Of a DNA stretch of 32,000 bases, positions 21,869-32,000 are shown one piece after another (position 1 is the stretch's first letter; each line of letters opens with the position of its first letter). The translations under genes were made by a program, and so were the position numbers. The stretch lies in the NCBI RefSeq assembly GCF_000012285.1, contig NC_007181.1, forward strand, positions 1,320,001 through 1,352,000, read 5' to 3'. The stretch is from Sulfolobus acidocaldarius DSM 639. Lineage in GTDB: Archaea; Thermoproteota; Thermoprotei_A; Sulfolobales; Sulfolobaceae. Under the pieces are notes generated by a model that saw only the letters and a program-made list of their open reading frames with translations, ran no database searches and was not told the DNA's origin.

Positions 21869-24720
21869 ATGGTCGCTTTGCTGAATTTCTAATTAAAATT
21901 TCAGAGAAATGGCAGAAAGAGTGGGAAAATAAAAGAGTATTTGATGCAACGCCAGATCCAAATAAGAAGAAATTCTTTACTACAATTGCTTTTCCTTATC
22001 CTAATTCACCATTTCATTTAGGTCACGGAAGAACGTATGTGACTGGCGATATATATGCGCGTTACATGAGGATGAGAGGTTACAATGTATTATTTCCCAT
22101 GGCATTTCATTACACTGGTACACCAATAATAGCTATGGCTGATGATGTGGCTAAAGGAGATAAAGAACTGATAGATATTTTCAAAAGTATTTATGAAATT
22201 CCTGATGATGTAATCTCTAAATTAGTAGATCCTTTATTTATGGCTAATTACTTTAAAGAAGAAATAAAGCAAGCCATGAAGGAGATAGGACTAAGCATAG
22301 ATTGGAGAAGAGAATTTACAACAATAGACCCTGAGTTTTCATCGTTTATAATATGGCAATTTAGGAAACTACAGGAAAAAGGTTTCATAGTGAGGGATAC
22401 TCACCCTGTAGGTTGGTGTCCAGTTCACCATATCCCTGTGGGCATGCATGATACAAAAGGCGATATGGAACCAGAGATCGGAGAGTTCGTATTGATCTAC
22501 TTTGATTCTGATATGGGAATTCTACCAGTAGCAACTTTAAGACCAGAGACGGTCTTTGGAGCTATTGCGGTATGGGTTAATCCTCATGAGTCATACTCCA
22601 TAGTTGAAATAGATGGAAAGAAATACGTTATGAGTGAAAAAGCTTCATCTAAGTTGTCTTTCCAAATAGACAATCTGAAAGTTATTACAGTTGTAAAGGG
22701 AAGCGAGCTTGTTAAACATTCAGCGGTTAACCCCATAACTGGAAAAGAGGTTCCTATAATTGGTGCTAACTTTGTGGATCCTCTGACAGGGACTGGTGTG
22801 GTGATGTCTGTACCAGCACATGCACCCTTTGACTACTTTTATCTTAAGAAGACTAAATCGGAGTTATCTATAATTTCTGTGATAAGAGTAGAGGGCATGG
22901 GAGAGACTTTAGCTAAAGACTTAGTAGAAAAATCTAATCCCCAAAACGATAATGACTTGAAAAAATTGACTGAGCAAGTTTACAGAATAGAGTATAATAA
23001 AGGAGTCATGATCGATATAACTAAGCTAGTTAAACCAGAATATGTCGAGGAATTAAAACCTTTAGTTAATCTTCCAGTTCCAGCAGCAAGGCAGAAAATA
23101 ACAGAATTCATCACCCAGAAAGGATTAGGAAGAAAGATATATGAGATAATGAATAGACCTGTGTATTGCAGATGTGGTAATGAGGTTGTCGTGAAAATAC
23201 TTAAGGACCAATGGTTCCTAGATTATGGCAACCAGGAATGGAAAGATCTTGCAAGGAAATCTATTGAAAGTATTAGATTCATTCCTCCTGAAATTAAGAA
23301 AGACTTTGAGTTTGTAGTAGATTGGTTACAAAAAAGGGCATGTGCTAGGACTAGAGGACTAGGAACACCTCTCCCATGGGACAAGAAGTGGATTATTGAG
23401 AGTCTAAGTGACTCCACTATTTACATGGCATTCTACACCATAGCCCATAGACTCAAAGAACATAAACTAAAACCTTCTCAGCTCACCTATGAATTCTGGG
23501 AATATATAATGCTAGGAAATGGTAATCCAGATGAGATATCGAAAATTAGCGGAATCCCTGTTGAGGTCATAAAGGCAATGAGAGATGAGTTTCTGTATTG
23601 GTATCCATTAGATGTTAGACACAGTGGTAAAGATTTAGTACCTAATCATTTGTCATTCTTCATCTTTAATCACGCCGCCATATTTCCACATCAACTTTGG
23701 CCTAAGGGGATAGCAGTTAATGGCTTTGTATTATATGATGGTAAAAAGATGAGTAAATCCCTGAGAAATATAGTTCCGCTAAGGAAGGCAATTAGAATGT
23801 ATAGTCCTGATGTGATAAGAATAGCCTTAACAACAAATGCTGATATAGGTTCAGACGTTAATTTCAGTGATAGCTATGCAAAATCCATTATCGATACTTT
23901 AAAGAACTATTATGATCTTCTAGAGAAGTTGAAGGAGTTTAAGGGCGAGGATGAAGGATTTCCTGAGAAGTGGTTAAAAAGTAAGTTCTATCAGATGGTA
24001 ATCAATGTTACGCAGTACATGGACTCTCTAGATTTAAGGTCTTCGTCAAACGAAATTTTATACAATTTCTCGTCATACATTAATGAATACTTCGAACTCG
24101 TTAGATCTGAGGGCAGAGAACCTAACGGTAAGCTCCTAAGCCAGATATTACAGATATGGATTAAACTGCTTTCTCCATTTGCGCCTCACTTTGCAGAGGA
24201 ATTATGGCATAAAATAGGGAAAAATACACTAGTGAGCTTAGAGAGTTGGCCAATAATAGATCAATCCAATGTGGACTTGTTTATTGACTTAACTCATACG
24301 TATCACAGAAAATTATTAAACGACATACAGGCTATATTGAGCGTATACAAGGATACCCCAAAGAGCATAAAGATATTTGTGGCTAATAAGGAATTTCTAA
24401 ACGTCTTGAGGGATGCCATAAATATAGTCCAAAAGGGCGGTCAATTAAGACAGCTAATGGAGATACATAAACCTAAAGGCAAGCAAGATGCCAGGTTATA
24501 TCAAAAAATCTATGAGGAAGCGAGAGAGATTGATGACGATATGAAGAAATTAGTCACTAACTTCGACTTTGACGAAAAGGATCTTTTGGATAAGGGACTC
24601 AAATATCTATCTTACAAGCTGGGTATAAAGGAAATAAGGATACTAGACGCATCAGAAATGGATAGAACCAAGTACAATAAGGACGCTCTACCTCTTAGAC
24701 CAGCCATAATCATTGAGTGA
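21869..24720 (+). CDS. leuS: Leucyl-tRNA synthetase, apparent 1-nt frameshift near the 5' end (length from 21869 is not a multiple of 3)
   Basis: The track ORF starts at GTG 22039, but the same frame is open back to the TGA at 21850. That upstream part encodes ...[55 protein letters not shown], including the class I HIGH motif (HLGH, 22015-22026). KMSKS is present downstream ([10 protein letters not shown]). The only nearby ATG, at 21869, is out of frame. Confidence 0.9.
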
Positions 24721-25335
24721 CACTATCCCTTCCTTTATCTCTACAGCACCAATAGTTTTCAGGAAATATAGTTTATTCCTAACCTCCTCCCTGCTGGAAT
24801 TTGTTTTATGTGCTATTATTTGAACTATCTCCCTCATGCTCATTTGTTGGTACTCTCTTAGAAGTTTTAGTATCTCGTTCTCCACATCTCCTATTTGTTC
24901 CTCTTTTATCGTGTAATCATTAAGGACTCTAAACAAATGTAAAACGTTATTATTTATTTTCATTTTGTAGAGATTTTCACCTAATTTGTCTATCTGTATC
25001 ATTCTAACCCCTAGTTTTAATTTCTTTGATGATATAATAACTGTAAATTTCACAGGTACTTCTTTCTCGTCTTCAGCTTCATAAACAATCACTTCACTTT
25101 TTTCATTGCATACTGAATGAAAATCCGGTGGTAAAACGTCAGGTTTAATTTTCTCTAGGTTAACAATACATATTTCTTTACCCATAGACCTTAAATGTTT
25201 AATTAAGTTGAGCAGAATCACTATTTTTACGTTGTTATAGTAACTAAATATCAATGAAGGCTCTTCTAATATTTCCTGGACTATATTAATCATGTCCGAA
25301 GGATTATCTGATATAAGGTAAAATTTATTTTTCAC
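24688..25335 (-). CDS. Hypothetical protein with C-terminal winged-helix DNA-binding-like domain
   Basis: 215 aa. C-terminal [54 protein letters not shown] looks like wHTH. The N-terminal ~150 aa is unassigned. Start is GTG 25335 or ATG 25293 (MINIVQEIL). Head-to-head with hisC. Confidence 0.55.
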   Translation of the reverse strand: MKNKFYLISDNPSDMINIVQEILEEPSLIFSYYNNVKIVILLNLIKHLRSMGKEICIVNLEKIKPDVLPPDFHSVCNEKSEVIVYEAEDEKEVPVKFTVIISSKKLKLGVRMIQIDKLGENLYKMKINNNVLHLFRVLNDYTIKEEQIGDVENEILKLLREYQQMSMREIVQIIAHKTNSSREEVRNKLYFLKTIGAVEIKEGIVSLNDYGWSKR

Positions 25336-25341
25336 TGTCTC

Positions 25342-26424
25342 GTGTGTTTAATAGGGTCATTTATTGCACCAACCGATGTTTCAAAGTTAATATATCCGTG
25401 GTTAATTGAAGCAGAAGATTACGCATTTGATGATATAAAAGATGGTATAAGACTACATCTTAATGAATCCCCATATCCACCTCCCTTACATATTATACAG
25501 GCTGTGGAAAAATATCTAATTTATGGAAACCGCTATCAGCACCCTGAACTTACAGAGAGGTTAAGACGTTTAGCTGCGGAGTATACAAAAGTTGAACCAG
25601 AGAACATTTATCCTACGCCTGGTGGGGACGGTGCGATAAGATCTGTATTTTACAATCTAGTTCAACCTGGAGACAAGGTTGTGTTCAACTATCCATCATA
25701 TAGCATGTATAATATTTACGCTTCTGTGCGCGGACTAAAGAAAGCTAAAATAAATTTAATTGAGGATGGAGACTGGTGGAAAGAAGATAATGAGAAATTG
25801 CTAAATGAGAGTAAAGACGCTAGACTTGTCGTCATAGATAATCCTAATAATCCCACAGGTTCTCCAATGTTGTCTGAAGATGTGTTAAAGGAGTTACTTG
25901 AAACTGTAAAAGGCTTCGTTATGATCGACGAGGCATACTTTGAATTTTATGGCAAGAGCTTCTCCAGGCTCATCTACGATTATCCTAACTTGATGATAGT
26001 CAGGACGTTAAGCAAAGCATTTTCACTTGCTTCATTTAGAGTAGGCTATTTGATAGCAAATAAGGACGTCATTAAGGTACTAATGAAACCTTCAACACCT
26101 TTTGATATCTCGCTTCCAGGCTTAATAGCGGGGATAACTGCACTTGAGGATCCTTCTTATACAAAACATGTTGTGGCTGAAGTATCTAAAAACAGGGAAT
26201 ATCTATTATCAGAATTAAGAAGATTAGGTCTAAAAGTGTATAACTCTTTCACAAACTTTGTTTTCGTAAAAGACAACAGGAACCTGTTAAGTTTTCTTAT
26301 GGCTAAAAGGATAGCTATAAGGAAACCAGTCTCAGGATATTACCGTATATCTGTAGGTAGTGAAAGTGATTGTGAAGCTTTAATAAAAGCATTAGGTGAG
26401 TTAGTTGAAACTGGCAATTCCTAA
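25342..26424 (+). CDS. hisC: Histidinol-phosphate aminotransferase
   Basis: 360 aa. Motifs [22 protein letters not shown], and the PLP-Lys region [18 protein letters not shown] start, with no other in-frame canonical start before the conserved region. Confidence 0.92.
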   Translation: MCLIGSFIAPTDVSKLIYPWLIEAEDYAFDDIKDGIRLHLNESPYPPPLHIIQAVEKYLIYGNRYQHPELTERLRRLAAEYTKVEPENIYPTPGGDGAIRSVFYNLVQPGDKVVFNYPSYSMYNIYASVRGLKKAKINLIEDGDWWKEDNEKLLNESKDARLVVIDNPNNPTGSPMLSEDVLKELLETVKGFVMIDEAYFEFYGKSFSRLIYDYPNLMIVRTLSKAFSLASFRVGYLIANKDVIKVLMKPSTPFDISLPGLIAGITALEDPSYTKHVVAEVSKNREYLLSELRRLGLKVYNSFTNFVFVKDNRNLLSFLMAKRIAIRKPVSGYYRISVGSESDCEALIKALGELVETGNS

Positions 26425-27262
26425 TAAGGGAAGATTACAGCAACCAGTACTCCAATTTCTAAATTATGTAGGGATAAGACCTTTATCTTCAGACGAGAGA
26501 GCTCTGATAATACCAACTAATTGGGAAGGAATACAATTAGTAATGTTAAGGACAGAGGATATACCAAGTCTCGTAGAAGCTGGTGCTGCAGATATTGGAA
26601 TTACTGGATATGATTATGTATTAGAGTCAGGTGCAAACGTGGATGAGTTAATAAGGTTAGATTTCGGAAAAGCCAAAATAGTGCTAGCAGTACCACTTTC
26701 CTGGGATTATAATTCTCCTGATCAAATAAAACAAGAGATAAGGATAGCCACTAAATATTACAACTTAGCTAAAAAATATATAACAGAAAAAGGGATTCCC
26801 GCAAAGGTAGTCAAGATAAGTGGTGCTGCAGAGGTCATTCCATCATTAGGGGCAGCGGACGCAATTATAGACGTAATGAGTACCGGAACTACACTTAAAT
26901 TACATGGTTTAAAACCACTAGATACTGTTTTAGAAACTCAGGCAGTAGTTATTGGTAACAGATATTGGATGAAGAGTGATGAGGCTGACAAAATTAATCT
27001 AATGTTAACGATGATGAAGGGAGCTCTTTATGCTAGAAATAAGAAAATGATATTTATGAATGTGCCAGATAGTAAATTAAACAATGTTATACAGTCATTA
27101 CCAGCTATGCTATCACCAACTCTTTCTAAACTAGCTAAAGGCGATGCATGGGAAGTGATCACAGTAATAGATGGTGATAAATTACCAGAAATTATAGCAA
27201 AAGTTGTGGCTAATGGTGCCCGAGACATAGTGGTAGTAGATATAGAAAAGGTGATAAAGTGA
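26405..27262 (+). CDS. hisG: ATP phosphoribosyltransferase, long form
   Basis: 285 aa. N-terminus [14 protein letters not shown] loop [14 protein letters not shown], and a C-terminal regulatory-domain-sized extension, so no hisZ is needed. Confidence 0.92.
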   Translation: MKLAIPNKGRLQQPVLQFLNYVGIRPLSSDERALIIPTNWEGIQLVMLRTEDIPSLVEAGAADIGITGYDYVLESGANVDELIRLDFGKAKIVLAVPLSWDYNSPDQIKQEIRIATKYYNLAKKYITEKGIPAKVVKISGAAEVIPSLGAADAIIDVMSTGTTLKLHGLKPLDTVLETQAVVIGNRYWMKSDEADKINLMLTMMKGALYARNKKMIFMNVPDSKLNNVIQSLPAMLSPTLSKLAKGDAWEVITVIDGDKLPEIIAKVVANGARDIVVVDIEKVIK

Positions 27263-27942
27263 TGAAAGTTATGCCCAGCATAGATATCAGTAACAAAGTA
27301 GCTGTGAAAAGAATTCGCGGAAAGGGCGGTTCAGGGATAATATTGGGGGATCCATTGAAGATAGCTAAAGAAATCATTTCAGAAGGGTACGACGCAATTC
27401 ATATTGTGGATCTTGACGCAGCAGAAGGTCTAGGAGATAATAAAGATATTATCAAGCAGATATGCACATTAGGTTTCTCGTGGACTCAAGTTGGAGGAGG
27501 AGTAAGAAAATTAGAGATTGCTAAAGATATTCTTGAATATTGTTCTTCAATAGTTGTTTCTACTCTTCCTATAACTAACAGACAAGAATATGATAAGATT
27601 ATTTCAGGTGTTGGGGTTGATAAAGTATTTTTGTCAATTGACTATGACGATAATGGCTATGTGCTCATAAAAGGATGGAAAGAGAAAAGTGTGAAAGTAA
27701 GTGACCTATTAGATTTAGAGTCTGGGGGTGTAATATTTACTTACATACCCAATGAGGGCACAAAGGGAGGGATAGATAATAATGTGGTTGAATATGTGAA
27801 GAGTGTGAAGAAAATTAAGGAATATGCTGGTGGTATTGGTAGTTTGGATGATCTTCTTAAACTAAAATCATTTGGGTTCGATTATAGTATAATAGGAATG
27901 AGCTTTTATAATGGGACATTGAGAGGTATCAGATTTGTCTAG
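27259..27942 (+). CDS. hisA: ProFAR isomerase
   Basis: 227 aa. (beta-alpha)8 HisA pattern: VMPSIDI..., [24 protein letters not shown]. Position in the operon. Confidence 0.88.
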   Translation: MMKVMPSIDISNKVAVKRIRGKGGSGIILGDPLKIAKEIISEGYDAIHIVDLDAAEGLGDNKDIIKQICTLGFSWTQVGGGVRKLEIAKDILEYCSSIVVSTLPITNRQEYDKIISGVGVDKVFLSIDYDDNGYVLIKGWKEKSVKVSDLLDLESGGVIFTYIPNEGTKGGIDNNVVEYVKSVKKIKEYAGGIGSLDDLLKLKSFGFDYSIIGMSFYNGTLRGIRFV

Positions 27943-28516
27943 GAGTATAAGTAAACTAAGGGAAACAAAGGAGACTAAGGTAGAGATATTCTTAGATATA
28001 GACAATAAGGGAGAAATAGAGGTCTCTACGCCTGTGAACTTCTTCAATCATATGCTTTACACGTTACTATATTACATGAACTCTACAGCCAAGGTGAATG
28101 TTGTGGATAGACAGAACTATGACGATCATCATGTGGTTGAAGATACTGCCATAACATTGGGTCAAGCATTCAAGGAAGTTCTAGGCGATAAAAAGGGTAT
28201 AAGGAGGTTTGCAAATACTATTATACCAATGGATGATGCGTTAGTATTAGTTGCAGTAGATATTTCAGGGAGAGGGGTTAGTAACGTTGAGTTTAAATTA
28301 AAAAGAAACACTATAGGGGATTTAGCTATAGAGAATATATATCATTTCTTCTCTAGTTTCTCTTATCATTCTGGAGTTAACCTTCACGTGATTCAGCTGA
28401 GGGGAAAGAACACGCATCATGTACTAGAAGCATCATTTAAAGGTTTGGGCATGTCATTATATGAGGCTAGTAGAATATTGTTCGAAGAAGTAAGGAGTCT
28501 CAAGGGAAGCCTATGA
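27935..28516 (+). CDS. hisB: Imidazoleglycerol-phosphate dehydratase (monofunctional, no phosphatase domain)
   Basis: 193 aa. [32 protein letters not shown] and [14 protein letters not shown] are the metal-binding His motifs. Confidence 0.93.
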   Translation: MSRSISKLRETKETKVEIFLDIDNKGEIEVSTPVNFFNHMLYTLLYYMNSTAKVNVVDRQNYDDHHVVEDTAITLGQAFKEVLGDKKGIRRFANTIIPMDDALVLVAVDISGRGVSNVEFKLKRNTIGDLAIENIYHFFSSFSYHSGVNLHVIQLRGKNTHHVLEASFKGLGMSLYEASRILFEEVRSLKGSL

Positions 28517-29262
28517 CGTCCAAAAGGATTATTCCTTGTCTTGACGTGAAAGATGGAAGGGTAGTTAAAGGGGTAAATTTCCTTAACCTTGTAGATAAGG
28601 GAGATCCTGTTGAATTAGCTGCAAGATATGAAGAGGAAGGGGCTGACGAAATTGTATTCTTAGATATTACAGCGACAATTGAGGGAAGAAAGACCATGAT
28701 GAATGTTGTTAAAGATACTGCCAGTGTTATCTCAATACCTTTGACGGTTGGAGGCGGAATTAGGAGTTTAGATGATGTGTCTAAGATACTTGGAAACGGT
28801 GCAGATAAGGTTAGTATAAATACAGCAGCTGTAGAGAATAAGGATTTAGTGTCAATATCTTCAGCTGAATTTGGTTCACAGGCGATAGTTGTAGCTATAG
28901 ACGTGAAAAGAATAGGTAATGATTATTATGTATTTACTAGGTCAGGTAAATACAATACGGGTATAAACGCCATAAGTTGGGCTAAGGAAGTGGAAAAGTT
29001 AGGGGCGGGAGAAATATTACTTACTAGTATTGATAGGGATGGAACTAGAGAGGGATACGACATAGAAATCACGGAGTTAATATCTAAATCTGTAAATATA
29101 CCTATAATTGCCAGTGGTGGTGCAGGGAAAATTGATGATTTTTTAGGCATTCTGAAAGTTGCCGATGCAGCTCTTGCTGCGGGCGTTTTTCATGACGGTG
29201 TTATCAGAATTATGGATTTGAAAAAGTATTTGGGTAAAAACGGGGTAGAGGTGAGAATGTGA
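28513..29262 (+). CDS. hisF: Imidazole glycerol phosphate synthase, cyclase subunit
   Basis: 249 aa. Motifs [36 protein letters not shown] and ASGGAG. Confidence 0.95.
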   Translation: MTSKRIIPCLDVKDGRVVKGVNFLNLVDKGDPVELAARYEEEGADEIVFLDITATIEGRKTMMNVVKDTASVISIPLTVGGGIRSLDDVSKILGNGADKVSINTAAVENKDLVSISSAEFGSQAIVVAIDVKRIGNDYYVFTRSGKYNTGINAISWAKEVEKLGAGEILLTSIDRDGTREGYDIEITELISKSVNIPIIASGGAGKIDDFLGILKVADAALAAGVFHDGVIRIMDLKKYLGKNGVEVRM

Positions 29263-30440
29263 TCAAATATGAGATACCAAAATCTAGACCAAACGAATTT
29301 AGTAAAGTACTCCCTTTAGTCGAACAAATATTAAATCAAGTTAAGGAAAGAGGAGATAAAGCACTATTAGAGTTAGAGGAGAAGTACGATAAGGCTAAAT
29401 TAGATTCCTTAGTCGAGAATAGAATAGATGAACTAGCAAGTAAAATACCGGAGGAATATAAGGCTGCCATAGACAGAATCTATGATCAGCTTGTTGAATT
29501 TCATAAGACAACTCTACCATATATGGTAGGGGGAGGATATAACGGAATAGAATTTGGTATACTTTGGAGAGCAATTGAGAAAGTTGGTATATATGTACCT
29601 GGAGGATTGAAGTCTTATCCCTCTACGTTGTTGATGGCTGCAATTCCTGCTAGAGTAGCAGGAGTTAGTGAAATTTATGTGGCAACCCCGCCAAATAGAA
29701 TAGACTCTGTAATTGCATATATAGCTAAAAAACTAAAAATTAATGCGTTATATAGAATTGGTGGAGCTCAGGCAATAGCTGCACTAGCTTATGGAACTGA
29801 GAGTGTGAAAAAGGTAGATAAAATTGTAGGTCCGGGAAATATTTTTGTCCAAGCATCGAAGTTTTTGGTTAGCAAAGATGTGGCAATTGATGGAATAGAG
29901 GGACCAACTGAACTAGTTGTTATAGCAGATAGTTCAGCAGATTATAGGCATGTTATATTGGATATGAGAGCACAAGCGGAACATGGATCTACATCTTATA
30001 TAATACTAGTTACCACTTCAGATTTCCTAATTGATAAAGTAAGAGAGGAATTAGATAAGGAGGAGTTTACGTATTATATTGTCAAGGTCAAGAGTATAGA
30101 TGAAGCGATAGATGTGGCAAACGATATAGCGCCAGAACATTTGTCGTTGTTTGTAAATGATCCTAAATCTTATTTACATAAGATTAAGAATGCTGGTGCA
30201 ATAAGTCTAGGTAAAACACCTCCAGCACTGATAGACTATGCAGCTGGTCCTGATCACATACTTCCGACAAATGCTTGGTCCAGGGTAAGAGGAGGTTTAA
30301 CTGTTTATGACTTCTTGAAGCCCATTTCCTACGCCAATTCCGTAAATCCTGATAAGGAACTTGTAAATATGGCAAAGTTGATAGCTGAGTACGAGGGTTT
30401 CATATATCACTCTAAGAGCATAGGTGCTAGGTATGAGTGA
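29259..30440 (+). CDS. hisD: Histidinol dehydrogenase
   Basis: 393 aa. Motifs VGIYVPGG...[33 protein letters not shown] and APEHL. Confidence 0.93.
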   Translation: MIKYEIPKSRPNEFSKVLPLVEQILNQVKERGDKALLELEEKYDKAKLDSLVENRIDELASKIPEEYKAAIDRIYDQLVEFHKTTLPYMVGGGYNGIEFGILWRAIEKVGIYVPGGLKSYPSTLLMAAIPARVAGVSEIYVATPPNRIDSVIAYIAKKLKINALYRIGGAQAIAALAYGTESVKKVDKIVGPGNIFVQASKFLVSKDVAIDGIEGPTELVVIADSSADYRHVILDMRAQAEHGSTSYIILVTTSDFLIDKVREELDKEEFTYYIVKVKSIDEAIDVANDIAPEHLSLFVNDPKSYLHKIKNAGAISLGKTPPALIDYAAGPDHILPTNAWSRVRGGLTVYDFLKPISYANSVNPDKELVNMAKLIAEYEGFIYHSKSIGARYE

Positions 30441-30720
30441 TAATGTCATAGATAAATTATATTCCATAATACTGGATCGTATGAAGACCATGAAGGAAGG
30501 TAGCTATACTGTTGAGCTAATTAAGAGGGGAAAGCATTATGTTGCCCAGAAAGTTGGAGAGGAGTCAACTGAGGCAATAATTGCTTCTCTAGTAGAGAGT
30601 CAGCAGAGATTTGTTGAAGAGGTCTCAGACTTAATATATCATCTTTTGGTTCTTATGGCTCTAGAGAACGTTACACCCCAAGATGTTTATAAAGAACTGG
30701 AAAGAAGGATGAAAAAATGA
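30433..30720 (+). CDS. hisE: Phosphoribosyl-ATP pyrophosphatase
   Basis: 95 aa from ATG 30433, overlapping the hisD stop. Motifs GSYTVELIKRG....AQKVGEESTEAIIA and SDLIYHLLVLM. Confidence 0.88.
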   Translation: MSDNVIDKLYSIILDRMKTMKEGSYTVELIKRGKHYVAQKVGEESTEAIIASLVESQQRFVEEVSDLIYHLLVLMALENVTPQDVYKELERRMKK

Positions 30721-31316
30721 GGGCAGTAATAATCGATTATGGAGTTGGGAATTTATTTAGTATATACTCAGGGCTTAGGAGAGTTGGGTTTGAGGTGGAA
30801 ATATCTAAAGAACCAAAGGGTAGTGAGGACTTAATTGTATTCCCTGGAGTAGGTTCCTTTAGTGCGGTATCTAAATATCTTGTCGCTAGGAAGGAGAAAT
30901 TTGAGGTGCTCAGAAGTAATGGGACAGGGTTTTTGGGTATTTGTCTAGGCATGCAGATAATGTTTGAAGAAGGTACTGAAGGTGGTCTGAACAAAGGTTT
31001 AGGTTGGCTGAAAGGCAGAGTCGATAAGATAAATCATCCAAGAGTTAAGATTCCACATATTGGTTGGGATAAGGTTAATGTGATTAAGTATAATGAGCTG
31101 AGTGAGGGGATTGATGATCAATATGTGTACTATGCTCATAGTTATGTCGCTTATCCTACTGACAAAAGTGTGATTTTAAGTACTACCTCGTATGGTATAG
31201 ACTATCCTGCCGTAGTTAATATCGGGAATATTGTTGGTACACAGTTTCATCCTGAAAAAAGCAGTCTAGTTGGAAGGAAGTTTTTAACGAATGTATACAG
31301 GTGGTTAAGAAAGTGA
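30717..31316 (+). CDS. hisH: Imidazole glycerol phosphate synthase, glutaminase subunit
   Basis: 199 aa. Motifs IIDYGVGNL, GICLGMQ (catalytic Cys), HIGW and QFHPEKS. Confidence 0.94.
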   Translation: MRAVIIDYGVGNLFSIYSGLRRVGFEVEISKEPKGSEDLIVFPGVGSFSAVSKYLVARKEKFEVLRSNGTGFLGICLGMQIMFEEGTEGGLNKGLGWLKGRVDKINHPRVKIPHIGWDKVNVIKYNELSEGIDDQYVYYAHSYVAYPTDKSVILSTTSYGIDYPAVVNIGNIVGTQFHPEKSSLVGRKFLTNVYRWLRK

Positions 31317-31675
31317 TGAAGTTAAGTGAGGAGCAAGCTAAAAAGATAGTTGATAAACTTTGGTTTAGACATACTGACTCCACAGTAATTGCCGTGCTCC
31401 AAAATGTTAATACCAAGGAAGTTTTGATGGTAGGTAGTATGAACAAGGACGCTGTGATAAAAACTTTGACTACAGGTTATGTGCATTTTTGGTCTATAAG
31501 TAAGAAGAAACTTTGGTTGAAAGGAGAAACTAGTCATAATTATCAAATAGTGGAGGATGTGAAAGTAGATTGTGATGGAGACGCTTTAGTAGTGTTGGTT
31601 AATCCTCAAGGTTCAACATGTCATACAGGAAATAGAAGCTGTTTTTATAGAGATTTATCAGAATTCGGTAGATAG
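31316..31675 (+). CDS. hisI: Phosphoribosyl-AMP cyclohydrolase
   Basis: Motifs LWLKGETSHNYQIVEDVKVDCDGDALVVLVNPQGSTCHTGNRSCFY. ATG 31316 overlaps the hisH TGA. The track start GTG 31301 is an alternative. Confidence 0.9.
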   Translation: MKLSEEQAKKIVDKLWFRHTDSTVIAVLQNVNTKEVLMVGSMNKDAVIKTLTTGYVHFWSISKKKLWLKGETSHNYQIVEDVKVDCDGDALVVLVNPQGSTCHTGNRSCFYRDLSEFGR

Positions 31676-31725
31676 TAGAAAAGCGTTAATATTTGTTCAT
31701 CATATATTTTTAATTGGTTGAAGAT

Positions 31726-32000
31726 ATGAGTTCGATAAATAAAGAGGAATGGAAGGCTAAAATAATGGAGGCATTAACACAAGTTTATGATCCAGAAATT
31801 CCAGTGGATATAGTTAACTTAGGTTTAATTTATGAGTTGAGAATTAATGATGATGGGGAGATTTACATAAGGCTTGGTCTTACAGCTCCTGGTTGCCCAG
31901 TTATCGATGACTTAATTTACACGGTAGAGCAAGTAGTGAAAGAAACCGTGCCTGCAAAGAGCGTTGAAGTCGATATTGACTTTGATACACAGTGGACTCC
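31726..32000 (+). CDS. DUF59 / MIP18-family Fe-S assembly-related protein, N-terminal part (runs off the window end)
   Basis: My manual translation from ATG 31726 reads MSSINKEEWKAKIMEALTQVYDPEIPVDIVNLGLIYELRI...LGLTAPGCPVIDDL. This is the DUF59 signature (VxDPEhxhxIVxLGLV...TxxxCP). Open to the window end. Confidence 0.75.
   Translation, partial: MSSINKEEWKAKIMEALTQVYDPEIPVDIVNLGLIYELRINDDGEIYIRLGLTAPGCPVIDDLIYTVEQVVKETVPAKSVEVDIDFDTQWT

Overview
This is an AT-rich, densely packed archaeal chromosome segment. Gene content and order match the conserved core of Sulfolobaceae. From memory it resembles Sulfolobus/Sulfurisphaera tokodaii and the S. solfataricus region running from atp through ilv to his, but I could not run a search to confirm this. 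I support about 39 protein genes. They are: the A1Ao ATPase cluster (atpI divergent, then atpF-E-A-B-D, a small H-like subunit, and atpK); proS; eS26; pdxS-pdxT; the PINA ATPase convergent with hjc; ilvB, an ilvN-like gene and ilvC; a coupled pair of circularly permuted GTPase and HAD phosphatase; a 316-aa unknown protein; DGGGP synthase; a small winged-helix-like protein; a short geranylgeranyl-reductase paralog; speH; a coupled DUF211 and TtuA/NcsA-like pair; a PduO-type adenosyltransferase; leuS; a 215-aa wHTH protein; the complete hisC-G-A-B-F-D-E-H-I operon; and a partial DUF59 gene. All product calls come from reading motifs in the translations, because no BLAST or HMM search was possible. 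I found no rRNA, tRNA, CRISPR array, IS element, integrase or recognisable defence island. I do not see a convincing undescribed multi-gene system here, and the region looks like housekeeping core. The most checkable oddities are two essential-looking genes whose conserved N-terminal motifs lie upstream of any in-frame canonical start codon. In leuS the HIGH motif is affected, and the pattern fits one missing T in a T-run. In the GGR-like gene the GxGxxG motif is affected, and its 5' end overlaps the end of speH. Other points of interest are a few uncharacterised genes in suggestive contexts (DUF211 with TtuA, the 215-aa wHTH protein head-to-head with the his operon, the 316-aa beta-rich protein, the divergent ACT-like ilvN), repeat structure in the ilvB and speH/DUF211 control regions, and the fact that all five convergent gene junctions overlap.
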